A stretch of 64,000 bases of DNA, taken from the IMG/VR virus record IMGVR_UViG_3300025732_000018. The stretch is one strand, 5' to 3'. Of this stretch, positions 38,184-45,871 are shown piece by piece. The stretch is from a virus. A model generated the notes under the pieces. It did no database searches, was not told the origin of the DNA, and saw only the letters and a list, made by a program, of their open reading frames with translations. The translations under genes were made by a program, and so were the position numbers. Within the stretch, counting starts at the first letter, position 1; every line of letters starts with the position of its first letter.

Positions 38184-38531
38184 ATGAGACTCGCCAAGAC
38201 ACTCGCCTGCGTCGCATCCCTAGGACTGGGCGGCTGCGTAGTCGCCGCGGTGCCAGATCCATACGTCGGCCCGGTGGTCACCGGCGCGTACGTGTCGCCC
38301 GTCCCTCAAGTGACAGTCGTCGGTGGTGGCTACTACCCGCCCGTCGCCCCTGTCGTATACGGCGCCTGGAGAGGACCGTACTACGGCGGTGGCTACTGGG
38401 GAGGGGGAGGCTACTATGGCCCTCGTCCTGGATGGGGTCCTCGTCCCTACGGTCCTCCCGGCCCTCCAGGGCCTCGTCCAGGCCCCAGACCGGCCCCTAG
38501 ACCTGGTCCAGGGCCATATCAAGGCCGCTAA
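38184..38531 (+). CDS. Pro/Gly/Tyr-rich lipoprotein
   Basis: Signal peptide with lipobox LGGC; GPRP repeats; GAGG SD. Confidence 0.75.
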   Translation: MRLAKTLACVASLGLGGCVVAAVPDPYVGPVVTGAYVSPVPQVTVVGGGYYPPVAPVVYGAWRGPYYGGGYWGGGGYYGPRPGWGPRPYGPPGPPGPRPGPRPAPRPGPGPYQGR

Positions 38532-38570
38532 GCCATTGACTTTCCTTATGAAAAAAACTTAAAAATAGTG

Positions 38571-38600
38571 GTTGACATTATTTCTTAAATAGACTACTAT
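38571..38600 (+). promoter_or_regulatory. early promoter
   Basis: GTTGACATTATTT-N-TACTAT with 17-bp spacer. Confidence 0.85.
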
Positions 38601-38631
38601 AAGAATATAAGGAATGGATAGGAAAAACGAC

Positions 38632-38904
38632 ATGGCTACCGACTTCAACGAGCTCCTCAAGTTCATCGCCCAAGATGCCAACACCGACCAGATCAAGCAG
38701 ATCGTCAACGCGGTCAACTTCCGCCGCGACATCTTGAACCGCCAGAACAAGTTCATGTTCAAGGTCGGCCAGAAGGTCTGCTTCACGAAGCGCGACGGAG
38801 TAGTAGAGACCGGCATGGTCCAGAAAGTCGCCATCAAGAAAGCTCAGGTCAAGGTCGGCAACACGCTGTGGACCGTTCCCTTCAACATGCTCAAGGCTGC
38901 TTAA
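38632..38904 (+). CDS. early hypothetical protein (SH3/KOW-like)
   Basis: FKVGQKV-F...G-V-KV--KKAQV...W-VP. Confidence 0.7.
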   Translation: MATDFNELLKFIAQDANTDQIKQIVNAVNFRRDILNRQNKFMFKVGQKVCFTKRDGVVETGMVQKVAIKKAQVKVGNTLWTVPFNMLKAA

Positions 38905-38906
38905 TC

Positions 38907-39107
38907 ATGACGAACGAAGAGATTGCACGTAACATCCGCTACAAGTTGTTCGCTGACCGCGACTCTATCAAAGAAGCCGTCGACTACGCGTTCGAGGTCT
39001 TCCGCAGGCTCGGTCCGGACGGTGAGATCGCCGCGACCACCGCTATGATGGTCGTCCTGAACACGCTCTCGAACAAGATCCTCGAGAACGAGGGTGTAAA
39101 ATCGTGA
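38907..39107 (+). CDS. early hypothetical protein
   Basis: Coupled ORF MTNEEIARN... Confidence 0.6.
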   Translation: MTNEEIARNIRYKLFADRDSIKEAVDYAFEVFRRLGPDGEIAATTAMMVVLNTLSNKILENEGVKS

Positions 39108-39134
39108 CACTTTATGTGACACTTTGTGTGACAC
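39104..39134. repeat. three GTGACAC direct repeats with 12-bp period
   Basis: GTGACACTTTAT-GTGACACTTTGT-GTGACAC, just upstream of the promoter at 39155. Confidence 0.8.
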
Positions 39135-39154
39135 GGCGTGTCTGAGAAAAAGTG

Positions 39155-39184
39155 GTTGACATTATTTCTCAGATGGTCTACTAT
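39155..39184 (+). promoter_or_regulatory. early promoter
   Basis: GTTGACATTATTT...TACTAT. Confidence 0.85.
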
Positions 39185-39224
39185 AACATAGTAAGCTGAC
39201 AAACCAACTCAAGGATTCTATATC

Positions 39225-40196
39225 ATGGCTCATATGATTGAGATGATCAACGGCAAGGCGCAGATGGCGTACGCCGGTGATACGCCCTGGCACGGCCTCG
39301 GCACTCGCGTTCCTAACGACCTCACTCCGGTCCAGATGCTCGAGGCTGCTGGTCTTAACTGGTCCGTCGAGCCGGTCGAGTCGTACATCAAGCACAACGG
39401 CACCGAGATCCCGACCGGCATGAAGTCTCTGGTCCGCTCTCTCGACTCCAAAGTCCTTACCAACATCGGTGAGAACTGGGAACCCGTGCAGAACGTCGAG
39501 GCCTTCGAGTTCTTCAACGACTTCGTCATGGCTGGCGACATGGAGATGCACACCGCTGGCTCGCTTCGCGACGGTCAGATCGTCTGGGCTCTCGCCAAGG
39601 TGAAGGAGTCGTTCTCTCTCGCCACCAAGAAGGGCGAGGACGTCGTCGAGTCGTACCTCTTGTTCTCCAATCCGCACAAGTACGGCTTCGCCCTCGACGT
39701 GCGCTTCACACCGATCCGTGTCGTGTGCAACAACACGCTGACTCTCTCCCTGCAGGCCAAGGGCGACAACATGGTGCGCCTCAACCACCGTCGCAAGTTC
39801 AACGCTGACGAGGTCAAGGAGACTCTCGGCATCGCCAAAGACAAGCTGGCTGCCTACAAGGAGATGGCTCAGTTCCTCTCGACCAAGCGCTACACCAAGG
39901 ACAATCTGGTCGAGTACTTCTCCGGACTGTTCCCGAAGCACAACGTCGAGTCGGTCAAGGAGGTCAAGGACCTGTCGCGCAACGCGGTCCGCGCCATCGA
40001 GGTTCTCGACACTCAGCCCGGCGCCGAGATGGGCGAGGGTACGTGGTGGCAGGCATACAACGCGGTCACCTACCTAGCCGACCACGAGCTCGGTCGCAGC
40101 GCCGACTCGCGTCTCACCTCGGCCTGGTACGGCACCAACCGCAACCTCAAGATGCGCGCCCTTGACACGGCGGTAGAAATGGCGGAGGCGGCTTGA
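39225..40196 (+). CDS. DUF932 / TIGR03299-family phage-plasmid protein
   Basis: PWHGLG, VQN-EAF-FF, TAGSL--G--VWALA, TPIRVVCNNTL, GTWWQAYNAVT. Confidence 0.88.
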   Translation: MAHMIEMINGKAQMAYAGDTPWHGLGTRVPNDLTPVQMLEAAGLNWSVEPVESYIKHNGTEIPTGMKSLVRSLDSKVLTNIGENWEPVQNVEAFEFFNDFVMAGDMEMHTAGSLRDGQIVWALAKVKESFSLATKKGEDVVESYLLFSNPHKYGFALDVRFTPIRVVCNNTLTLSLQAKGDNMVRLNHRRKFNADEVKETLGIAKDKLAAYKEMAQFLSTKRYTKDNLVEYFSGLFPKHNVESVKEVKDLSRNAVRAIEVLDTQPGAEMGEGTWWQAYNAVTYLADHELGRSADSRLTSAWYGTNRNLKMRALDTAVEMAEAA

Positions 40197-41032
40197 GCCG
40201 CTTCCCCTCTCACGGGAGTCACTGAAATGATGGTGTTCATAGTCATGGTCGACAAGAAGAACGGTGCGACCGAGGTCAACGGCGTCTTCTCTGATCATAA
40301 GAAAGCGTACGAGTGGGTTGACTCGCTCAAGGGTCGTCAAGGCGTCGTCGACGTGTGGGTCACTCGACGCCTGGTCGAGGACTTCAAAGTTGTCTGACAA
40401 CACCAACAAGTTTCTCGACGCTGTAGAGAAGATGATCGACGCGCAGGATGACATGTGGCATGAAGAACAGCACTGTAACTACCGAGAAGTTGAGCGTATC
40501 CGCGACGAGGTCTATAAGCCGGCCCGAGAAGCAGCGCGCTGGTACTTCAGGCAAGCGATCCGGGAGATCGTTAAAGAAAGCCAATAGACACGTAGTCCTA
40601 GAGTACAACCAGGCTCCAACCGACAACGGTGAGCTGGCAAAGATGCTATACGACACTATGGATCACTACCACTACCTCGTCTGCCCCCATAAGACCGACG
40701 AGGAGAGGGAGTACATGAACTCTCAGACTATCTTCGGAATCATCGACCTGGCCAAGACCGAGAACGAGCTTTTCGGCCACTCCTACAGAGCCTTCATCAT
40801 CAACAAGATCAACTTCTACCGAAAGATGATTGAGTTCAACCACGTCGACGACCATACCGTCGGCTACAACCCCACCAAGACGAGGTGGATGAAGTGACTC
40901 AGTCTTTCGAGGAGAGGAACCGAAAGGTCCTCAAGAAGGTCGGCTATTTCAATATCAAAAAGAAAAGAGACCAGGAGAAGGCGAAGGAATCAGTTGACAA
41001 TTTTTACAGGTCTGTGTATGGTATAAATACAA

Positions 41033-41266
41033 GTGGAGCTAAGAAAAATGCAGCGTCCTGGTAAGGTACATAAGGCCGGTCTGGCAGACGGCACACGGTT
41101 TGACATTCGGGTTCTTCTGTCCTATCTGCACGACGCCACAAAGGCTCTGGAATCCGCCGGTGATTCGGAAGCAGCGTTTCGCTTCGAGATGCTGTACGAC
41201 TATCTCAAGAATCACTACAACCCATCGAAACCTCTGAGGTTTGAAAACAAACATTTGGGGCTATAA
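41033..41266 (+). CDS. hypothetical protein
   Basis: After a TTGACA promoter and TATAAATA near 41022. Confidence 0.6.
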   Translation: MELRKMQRPGKVHKAGLADGTRFDIRVLLSYLHDATKALESAGDSEAAFRFEMLYDYLKNHYNPSKPLRFENKHLGL

Positions 41267-41409
41267 TGGTATACGTAGCGACTGAAGAAGGCGTACTAGT
41301 TGCGCTGGTCATCGGATCCCTAGCCGGTATCTTGGCTGGGTTCGTCTTATCTCACATCACCTATAGATAAGATCTACACCCTCAGAGGTTTTCCTGGAAA
41401 GGAAGACTA

Positions 41410-41853
41410 ATGCGTAAACTCTTGCACATTTTTCCGGCTCTGCTTATAGCCGGGTGCACGACCACCGCCGACTTGGACATGTCAGCGTCAGCAAAGGACC
41501 GAGTGGTCTATGAGCTGGTTACCAAGAAGGCAGAGGAAAACAACGTCCCAGTGAAGCTCGCTCACGCGGTCATTCGCCTGGAGTCTAACTACAACCCAAA
41601 GACGCGCGGCCGCCAGGGTGAGATTGGACTGGGACAGATCAAGTGTCAGACCGCTAGGGGTGTCGGCTTCTCAGGAAACTGTGCCAAGCTCTACGACCCG
41701 GAGACCAACTTGACTTACTCTATGCGATACCTTAGGGAGGCTCTTAACCGAGCCGGGAACAACGAGTGCCACGCCGCCACGCTCTACAACGCGGGGCTCG
41801 GTGCTCGAATGAAGTCGTCTGCGTACTGCAGAAAAGTAATGGCTCAGCTCTGA
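41410..41853 (+). CDS. lytic transglycosylase (SLT domain) lipoprotein
   Basis: Lipobox LIAGC; ESNYNP, GLGQI, LYDPETN---MRYL, YNAG. Confidence 0.88.
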   Translation: MRKLLHIFPALLIAGCTTTADLDMSASAKDRVVYELVTKKAEENNVPVKLAHAVIRLESNYNPKTRGRQGEIGLGQIKCQTARGVGFSGNCAKLYDPETNLTYSMRYLREALNRAGNNECHAATLYNAGLGARMKSSAYCRKVMAQL

Positions 41854-41861
41854 GCCAAGAC

Positions 41862-41953
41862 GGGGGTGGGTGTTGGTACACAGGGAGACCTTATAAGTCT
41901 TTCAGCGCCCGATTAGCGTTCTCGACTCGGTTCGAATCCGGGCACCCCTACCA
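41862..41953 (+). tRNA. atypical tRNA with TAT (Ile, AUA) anticodon and long variable arm
   Basis: GGGGGTG/CACCCCT acceptor, GTGT-TGGT-ACAC D arm, GAGAC-CTTATAA-GTCTT, extra arm, TTCGAAT, ACCA. Confidence 0.75.
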
Positions 41954-41976
41954 ATTCACTGTAAGGAGAATATGAA

Positions 41977-42489
41977 ATGCGTAACACAATCATTGCAATC
42001 GCTACTTTAATCGCTGGCTCGGCAGTCGCCGCAGACCTTCCGTCTCGCTCGGCACCGCCTGCTCCAGTCGTTCAGGCTCCGGTCTCGTGGTACGTCGGTC
42101 TCAACGGCGGCACCATCGCCGGCAACTCCGGCACTGTCGGTGTCAACGGCGGCCTTCAGTACGGACAGTACGTTCGCGTAGAAGGCGCTTATGACTACGC
42201 TAACACCGGTGGTGGAAACCTTCTCGGTCAGAACACCAACCTGCTGACTGGAAACTTCATCGTTCAGTATCCGGTCGACCAGTTCAAGGTTACGCCGTAC
42301 GCTCTCGCCGGTGCTGGCTACCGCTGGTCGTCGGTCAAGAACGAGCCAATCTACAACGTCGGCGGCGGCGTCCGCTACGGCCTTACCAGCAACGTCGACC
42401 TCGACGCTCGCTATCGCTACGTGTCGTCGACTTCTGACTCGACTCGTAACGCCAGCGTCTACACCCTCGGCGTGAACTACAAGTTCTAA
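41977..42489 (+). CDS. outer-membrane beta-barrel protein (Omp25/RopB-like)
   Basis: Signal peptide, AADLPSRSAPPAP, W-YVGLNGG, PYALAGAG, C-terminal GVNYKF. Confidence 0.88.
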   Translation: MRNTIIAIATLIAGSAVAADLPSRSAPPAPVVQAPVSWYVGLNGGTIAGNSGTVGVNGGLQYGQYVRVEGAYDYANTGGGNLLGQNTNLLTGNFIVQYPVDQFKVTPYALAGAGYRWSSVKNEPIYNVGGGVRYGLTSNVDLDARYRYVSSTSDSTRNASVYTLGVNYKF

Positions 42490-42496
42490 TCGAATA

Positions 42497-42574
42497 GGTC
42501 CCTTAGCTCAGCTGGACTAGAGCAACAGCCTTCTAAGCTGTGGGTCGGTGGTTCGAATCCACCAGGGATCGCCA
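42497..42574 (+). tRNA. tRNA-Arg(TCT)
   Basis: ACAGC-CTTCTAA-GCTGT; GCCA end. Confidence 0.95.
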
Positions 42575-42599
42575 ATATATAGACCAGGAGGAATTTGAT

Positions 42600-42812
42600 A
42601 TGTCTTTTGATCATCTCATGGTCGAGCTCGGCTCGCGATACAAGTACAAGAACATCTTTCTCGTCTTAGACGAGCTGCAGCAGTTCATCAAGGAGGAGGG
42701 ATACAAGTGCTCCCTCCTCCGTCCGTCTGACTACCACATCGACGTGGACGAGAACAGAGTAAGCGTGCTCATCAATACTAAGGATGAGATAACCGGATTC
42801 ATGTTAGGATAG
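42600..42812 (+). CDS. hypothetical protein
   Basis: GGAGGA SD; start moved downstream of the tRNA. Confidence 0.65.
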   Translation: MSFDHLMVELGSRYKYKNIFLVLDELQQFIKEEGYKCSLLRPSDYHIDVDENRVSVLINTKDEITGFMLG

Positions 42813-42815
42813 AGA

Positions 42816-43256
42816 ATGGATCAACTAGTCGAAGACATGAAGAGGCTGCTGGCCACTACCTTTTCTTTCTACCTCAAGGCCCATAACTTTCACTGGAACG
42901 TAGAAGGTCAGAACTTTCTTGATCTTCACGAGTTCTTTAAGGACATCTACGAGCAGGTGCACGGCGACGTTGACGCCATCGCTGAGGAGACTCGCGCGCT
43001 AGGATCGTATGTCCCTGGATCGTACTCACGATTCTCGGAGCTGACGGTGATTAACGATGAGACGTCAATCCCTGCGGCTTACGCGATGGTGGCTAAGCTG
43101 GCCTCTGACAACACGACTCTGATGGCCATGCAGAAGAAGGCATACGCCTCGGCTGAGGCTGTCGGCGAGATGGGTCTGTCGAACTTCCTGCAGGACCTGT
43201 ACGACAAGCATAAGAAGATGCAGTGGATGCTCACCTCCCTCAATAAGGGAGAGTGA
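42816..43256 (+). CDS. dps: Dps DNA-protecting ferritin-like protein
   Basis: KAHNFHWNVEG--F--LH-FF---Y, D-IAE--RALG, H-K--WML. Confidence 0.92.
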   Translation: MDQLVEDMKRLLATTFSFYLKAHNFHWNVEGQNFLDLHEFFKDIYEQVHGDVDAIAEETRALGSYVPGSYSRFSELTVINDETSIPAAYAMVAKLASDNTTLMAMQKKAYASAEAVGEMGLSNFLQDLYDKHKKMQWMLTSLNKGE

Positions 43257-43263
43257 GCTAGTT

Positions 43264-43355
43264 GGTGGGGTGGCCGAGAGGCTGAAGGCAGCGGTTTGCT
43301 AAATCGCCGTACCTGGAAACGGGTACCGTGGGTTCGAATCCCACTCCCACCGCCA
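43264..43355 (+). tRNA. tRNA-Ser(GCT)
   Basis: TTGCTAA loop, long variable arm, GCCA. Confidence 0.95.
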
Positions 43356-43368
43356 GTTATAAATATAG

Positions 43369-43442
43369 CGCGGGATAGAGAAACGGTAACTCGGCAGGCT
43401 CATTACCTGCAGATGATGGTTCAACTCCATCTCCCGCAACCA
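43369..43442 (+). tRNA. tRNA-fMet(CAT)-like
   Basis: C1:A72 mismatch (CGCGGGA/TCCCGCA); loop CTCATTA. Confidence 0.88.
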
Positions 43443-43444
43443 GG

Positions 43445-43518
43445 ATCGGTGAAGTGTTACGGTAGCACAGCGGTCTCCAAAACCGCGGGCGTAGGTTCGA
43501 CTCCTACCACCGGTGCCA
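43445..43518 (+). tRNA. tRNA-Trp(CCA)
   Basis: GCGGT-CTCCAAA-ACCGC; GCCA. Confidence 0.93.
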
Positions 43519-43524
43519 TTCTTA

Positions 43525-43797
43525 TCAGTCGCGCGACGGCCAGAGTCCGTTGATGCAGATGATGAACGATGGCTCTCCGTTCTCGTAGCCGTAGTACTTG
43601 TTACCATGAGCGTCAGTCTTCCTCAAGTCAGGAAGCTTGAAGTTATGGACGCCATCTCCGCCGTAGTTATTTCCTAGCAGCGCGAACAGCGCTTGATTGT
43701 GGGAGATGTCTAAGGTTTGACCGGCGCAGAAGGCCCACTCTCTCGGTGGGAAGTTGCCGGCGAACATTCTAATTTCTGCTAAGTAGCCTTCCATCAT
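43525..43797 (-). CDS. stand-alone phage tail collar domain protein
   Basis: EIRMFAGNF-P--WAFC-GQ-L-I--NQALFALLG--YGGDG---F-LPDLR; GGAG SD. Confidence 0.85.
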   Translation of the reverse strand: MMEGYLAEIRMFAGNFPPREWAFCAGQTLDISHNQALFALLGNNYGGDGVHNFKLPDLRKTDAHGNKYYGYENGEPSFIICINGLWPSRD

Positions 43798-43852
43798 ATC
43801 TCTCCATGATGTTGGTGTGGGTGAACACAGTATTTATCACGTGAGAGTAGTC

Positions 43853-44344
43853 ATGCGAGTACACATCGGTAAGTATCCTAACAATCCAGACAAAGAGCGC
43901 AAGATCTCAGTCAAGATCGACAAGTGGGACACCTGGTCGATGGACCACACGCTCGCACTCATCATCCACCCCATGCTGGTCCAGCTCAAGGAAACTAAGC
44001 ACGGCGGTCCTTATGTCGACAACGAGGACGTACCGGAGGAGCTGTGGAACACCGACGAGCATGTAGATCCATACGCCTTAGACGATAAGTACTTTGACCG
44101 ATGGGACTACGTTCTTGATGAGATGATCTTTACCTTCGAGAGCCTAACTAAAGACTGGGAGGGAGAGTACTTTATCTCTCACGGCGAGCACGAGTTCGTC
44201 GAGCACGACGACGGGTCCGGCAACGCCACCCTCAACTGGATCAAGAAGCCAGAGGTGGACCGTGAGGGTATGGAGGCCCACGGGGACCGGATCAAGAACG
44301 GCCTGAGGCTTTTCGGTAAGTATTATATGGCCCTCTGGGACTGA
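43853..44344 (+). CDS. conserved phage hypothetical protein
   Basis: KIDKWDTWSMDHTLA-II-PML, RWDYVLDEMI, GLRLFGKYY--LWD. Confidence 0.8.
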   Translation: MRVHIGKYPNNPDKERKISVKIDKWDTWSMDHTLALIIHPMLVQLKETKHGGPYVDNEDVPEELWNTDEHVDPYALDDKYFDRWDYVLDEMIFTFESLTKDWEGEYFISHGEHEFVEHDDGSGNATLNWIKKPEVDREGMEAHGDRIKNGLRLFGKYYMALWD

Positions 44345-44354
44345 AAAAATAGTG

Positions 44355-44391
44355 GTTGACATTATTTCTAAGGTGGTTTATATTATAAATA
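44355..44391 (+). promoter_or_regulatory. overlapping early (TTGACA-17-TATATT) and late (TATAAATA) promoters
   Basis: TTGACA 44356-44361, TATATT 44379-44384, TATAAATA 44384-44391. Confidence 0.8.
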
Positions 44392-44493
44392 ATGGCAATG
44401 ACATATACACACGAGACTAGAATGAAGCCAACGACGAAGTCACACTTTAGGTCGATCCAGCCGCGAGTCAATTGCGGAGCTGCCGTCTCATGA
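44392..44493 (+). CDS. putative 33-aa attenuator leader peptide
   Basis: MAMTYTHETRMKPTTKSHFRSIQPRVNCGAAVS*; ATG at the predicted TSS; stop codon lies inside the antiterminator strand. Confidence 0.65.
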   Translation: MAMTYTHETRMKPTTKSHFRSIQPRVNCGAAVS

Positions 44494-44523
44494 CATGATC
44501 TAAACCAGATCAGAGTTCAAGAG

Positions 44524-44549
44524 GCGGGACCAAGAGTCCCGCTTTTTTT
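44524..44549 (+). terminator. intrinsic terminator (attenuator) upstream of the tRNA array
   Basis: GCGGGAC-CAAGA-GTCCCGC-TTTTTTT. Confidence 0.88.
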
Positions 44550-44646
44550 ATGTTCAACAACAAGAAACTTTGTTGAACATATCGGTTGACAATATTCTCT
44601 AGGCGTGATAGACTAACAATACAGGCTGTTTGAAAATAAACTAACT

Positions 44647-44719
44647 AGACTCCTGGCTCAACGGTGAGAGCGCCGGCCTTTTAAGCCGTGAGGTTCGGGT
44701 TCGAGTCCCGAGGAGTCTG
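44647..44719 (+). tRNA. tRNA-Lys(TTT), CCA not encoded
   Basis: AGACTCC/GGAGTCT; CTTTTAA loop. Confidence 0.85.
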
Positions 44720-44720
44720 C

Positions 44721-44795
44721 TGGCGCGTAGCTCAGCGGAAGAGCAAACGCTTGATAAGCGTTAGGTCGCTGGTTCAATCCCAGCCGCGCCAACCA
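44721..44795 (+). tRNA. tRNA-Ile(GAT)
   Basis: AACGC-TTGATAA-GCGTT; ACCA. Confidence 0.93.
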
Positions 44796-44800
44796 ATTAC

Positions 44801-44876
44801 GGACTGTTAGCTCAGTTGGTAGAGCAGGAGACTCTTAATCTCTTGGTCGTAGGTTCGAGTCCTGCACGGTCCACCA
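44801..44876 (+). tRNA. tRNA-Lys(CTT)
   Basis: GGAGA-CTCTTAA-TCTCT; ACCA. Confidence 0.94.
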
Positions 44877-44881
44877 AATTC

Positions 44882-44958
44882 GCTCCGTTCGTCTAGCGGT
44901 CTAGGACACTGCCCTCTCAAGGCAGAGATCACGGGTTCAAATCCCGTACGGAGTACCA
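44882..44958 (+). tRNA. tRNA-Glu(CTC)
   Basis: CTGCC-CTCTCAA-GGCAG; ACCA. Confidence 0.94.
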
Positions 44959-44964
44959 ATACGT

Positions 44965-45042
44965 TCGGCGGTAGCACTCTAGGTGAGCGCGCTCGGCTGT
45001 TAACCGAGAATGAGGTTGGTTCGAATCCAACCCGCCGAGCCA
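44965..45042 (+). tRNA. tRNA-Asn(GTT)
   Basis: CTCGG-CTGTTAA-CCGAG; GCCA. Confidence 0.92.
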
Positions 45043-45048
45043 AGTTTC

Positions 45049-45123
45049 GGGTGGTTAGCTCAGGGGTAGAGCGGCTGTTTTACACGCAGCGGGTCGGGAG
45101 TTCGATCCTCTCACCACCCACCA
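45049..45123 (+). tRNA. tRNA-Val(TAC)
   Basis: GCTGT-TTTACAC-GCAGC; ACCA. Confidence 0.94.
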
Positions 45124-45297
45124 TTAATGTACCGTAAGACACAACGCTACTGAACCGATTGGTCGTCGGGTGTAGGGTAGCTGGAAGACTTACGCCTCTC
45201 TGCTTTGGAGATTGACCGCCAAAAGCACGTCGAGGAGGGCGCTGGTGCTGACCAGCAGGCAACCGTAGGAGATACGGATCAGCAACATTTTTTTTTT

Positions 45298-45381
45298 GGA
45301 GGATGGCGTGCATGGTGCACACAGAGTCTTGAAAACTCCGCCACCGAAAGGTTGATGGTTCGATTCCTTCATCCTCCGCCA
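45298..45381 (+). tRNA. tRNA-Ser(TGA), possibly 8/4 cloverleaf
   Basis: GGAGGATG/CATCCTCC 8-bp acceptor is possible; CTTGAAA loop; variable arm; GCCA. Confidence 0.85.
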
Positions 45382-45480
45382 ATTCGCTGGATTACTATAG
45401 AGACGGTGTCCTAGGTCTGTCTCTTGTGCTTACCAGTAGAGGAAGCCCGGAAACCTCTATAAACATACGGGTAGAATTTT

Positions 45481-45556
45481 GGGCTCTTAGCTCAGCTGGG
45501 AGAGCAGTAGCTTTGCAAGCTTCAGGTCGTCGGTTCGATCCCGACAGAGTCCACCA
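45481..45556 (+). tRNA. tRNA-Ala(TGC)
   Basis: G3:U70, TTTGCAA loop, ACCA. Confidence 0.94.
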
Positions 45557-45666
45557 CGTTTGAGAGTGAGCCTATGGCGTCTACAGGCTTATTGAGAAGT
45601 ACTGGTTAGGGTTGGATCCCAACACCTCGGTGACACAACAGCCTCATAGCTCTCAAAGCAATTACT

Positions 45667-45871
45667 ACCTGAATACGAGTAGACGCGTGCAAACAAGGTC
45701 GACCGTCAGAATGTCAGGGGTAGCGGGAATACTGACCTGAAGGCCCGCACTAGAAGCGTCGTGTTTGTCCGAGCGTCGTGGATCTCGCTGATAAATGGTT
45801 CAGCATCGGACTCCAGTTTTAGAGTTTTGGCAGAGTTCGGACGAAACTGCCTTGACTTGCACGGTTCAGGT
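45667..45871 (+). ncRNA. candidate structured non-coding RNA
   Basis: Closing stems ACCTGAA/TTCAGGT and CGTGCAA/TTGCACG enclose several hairpins; no credible ORF. Confidence 0.45.
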
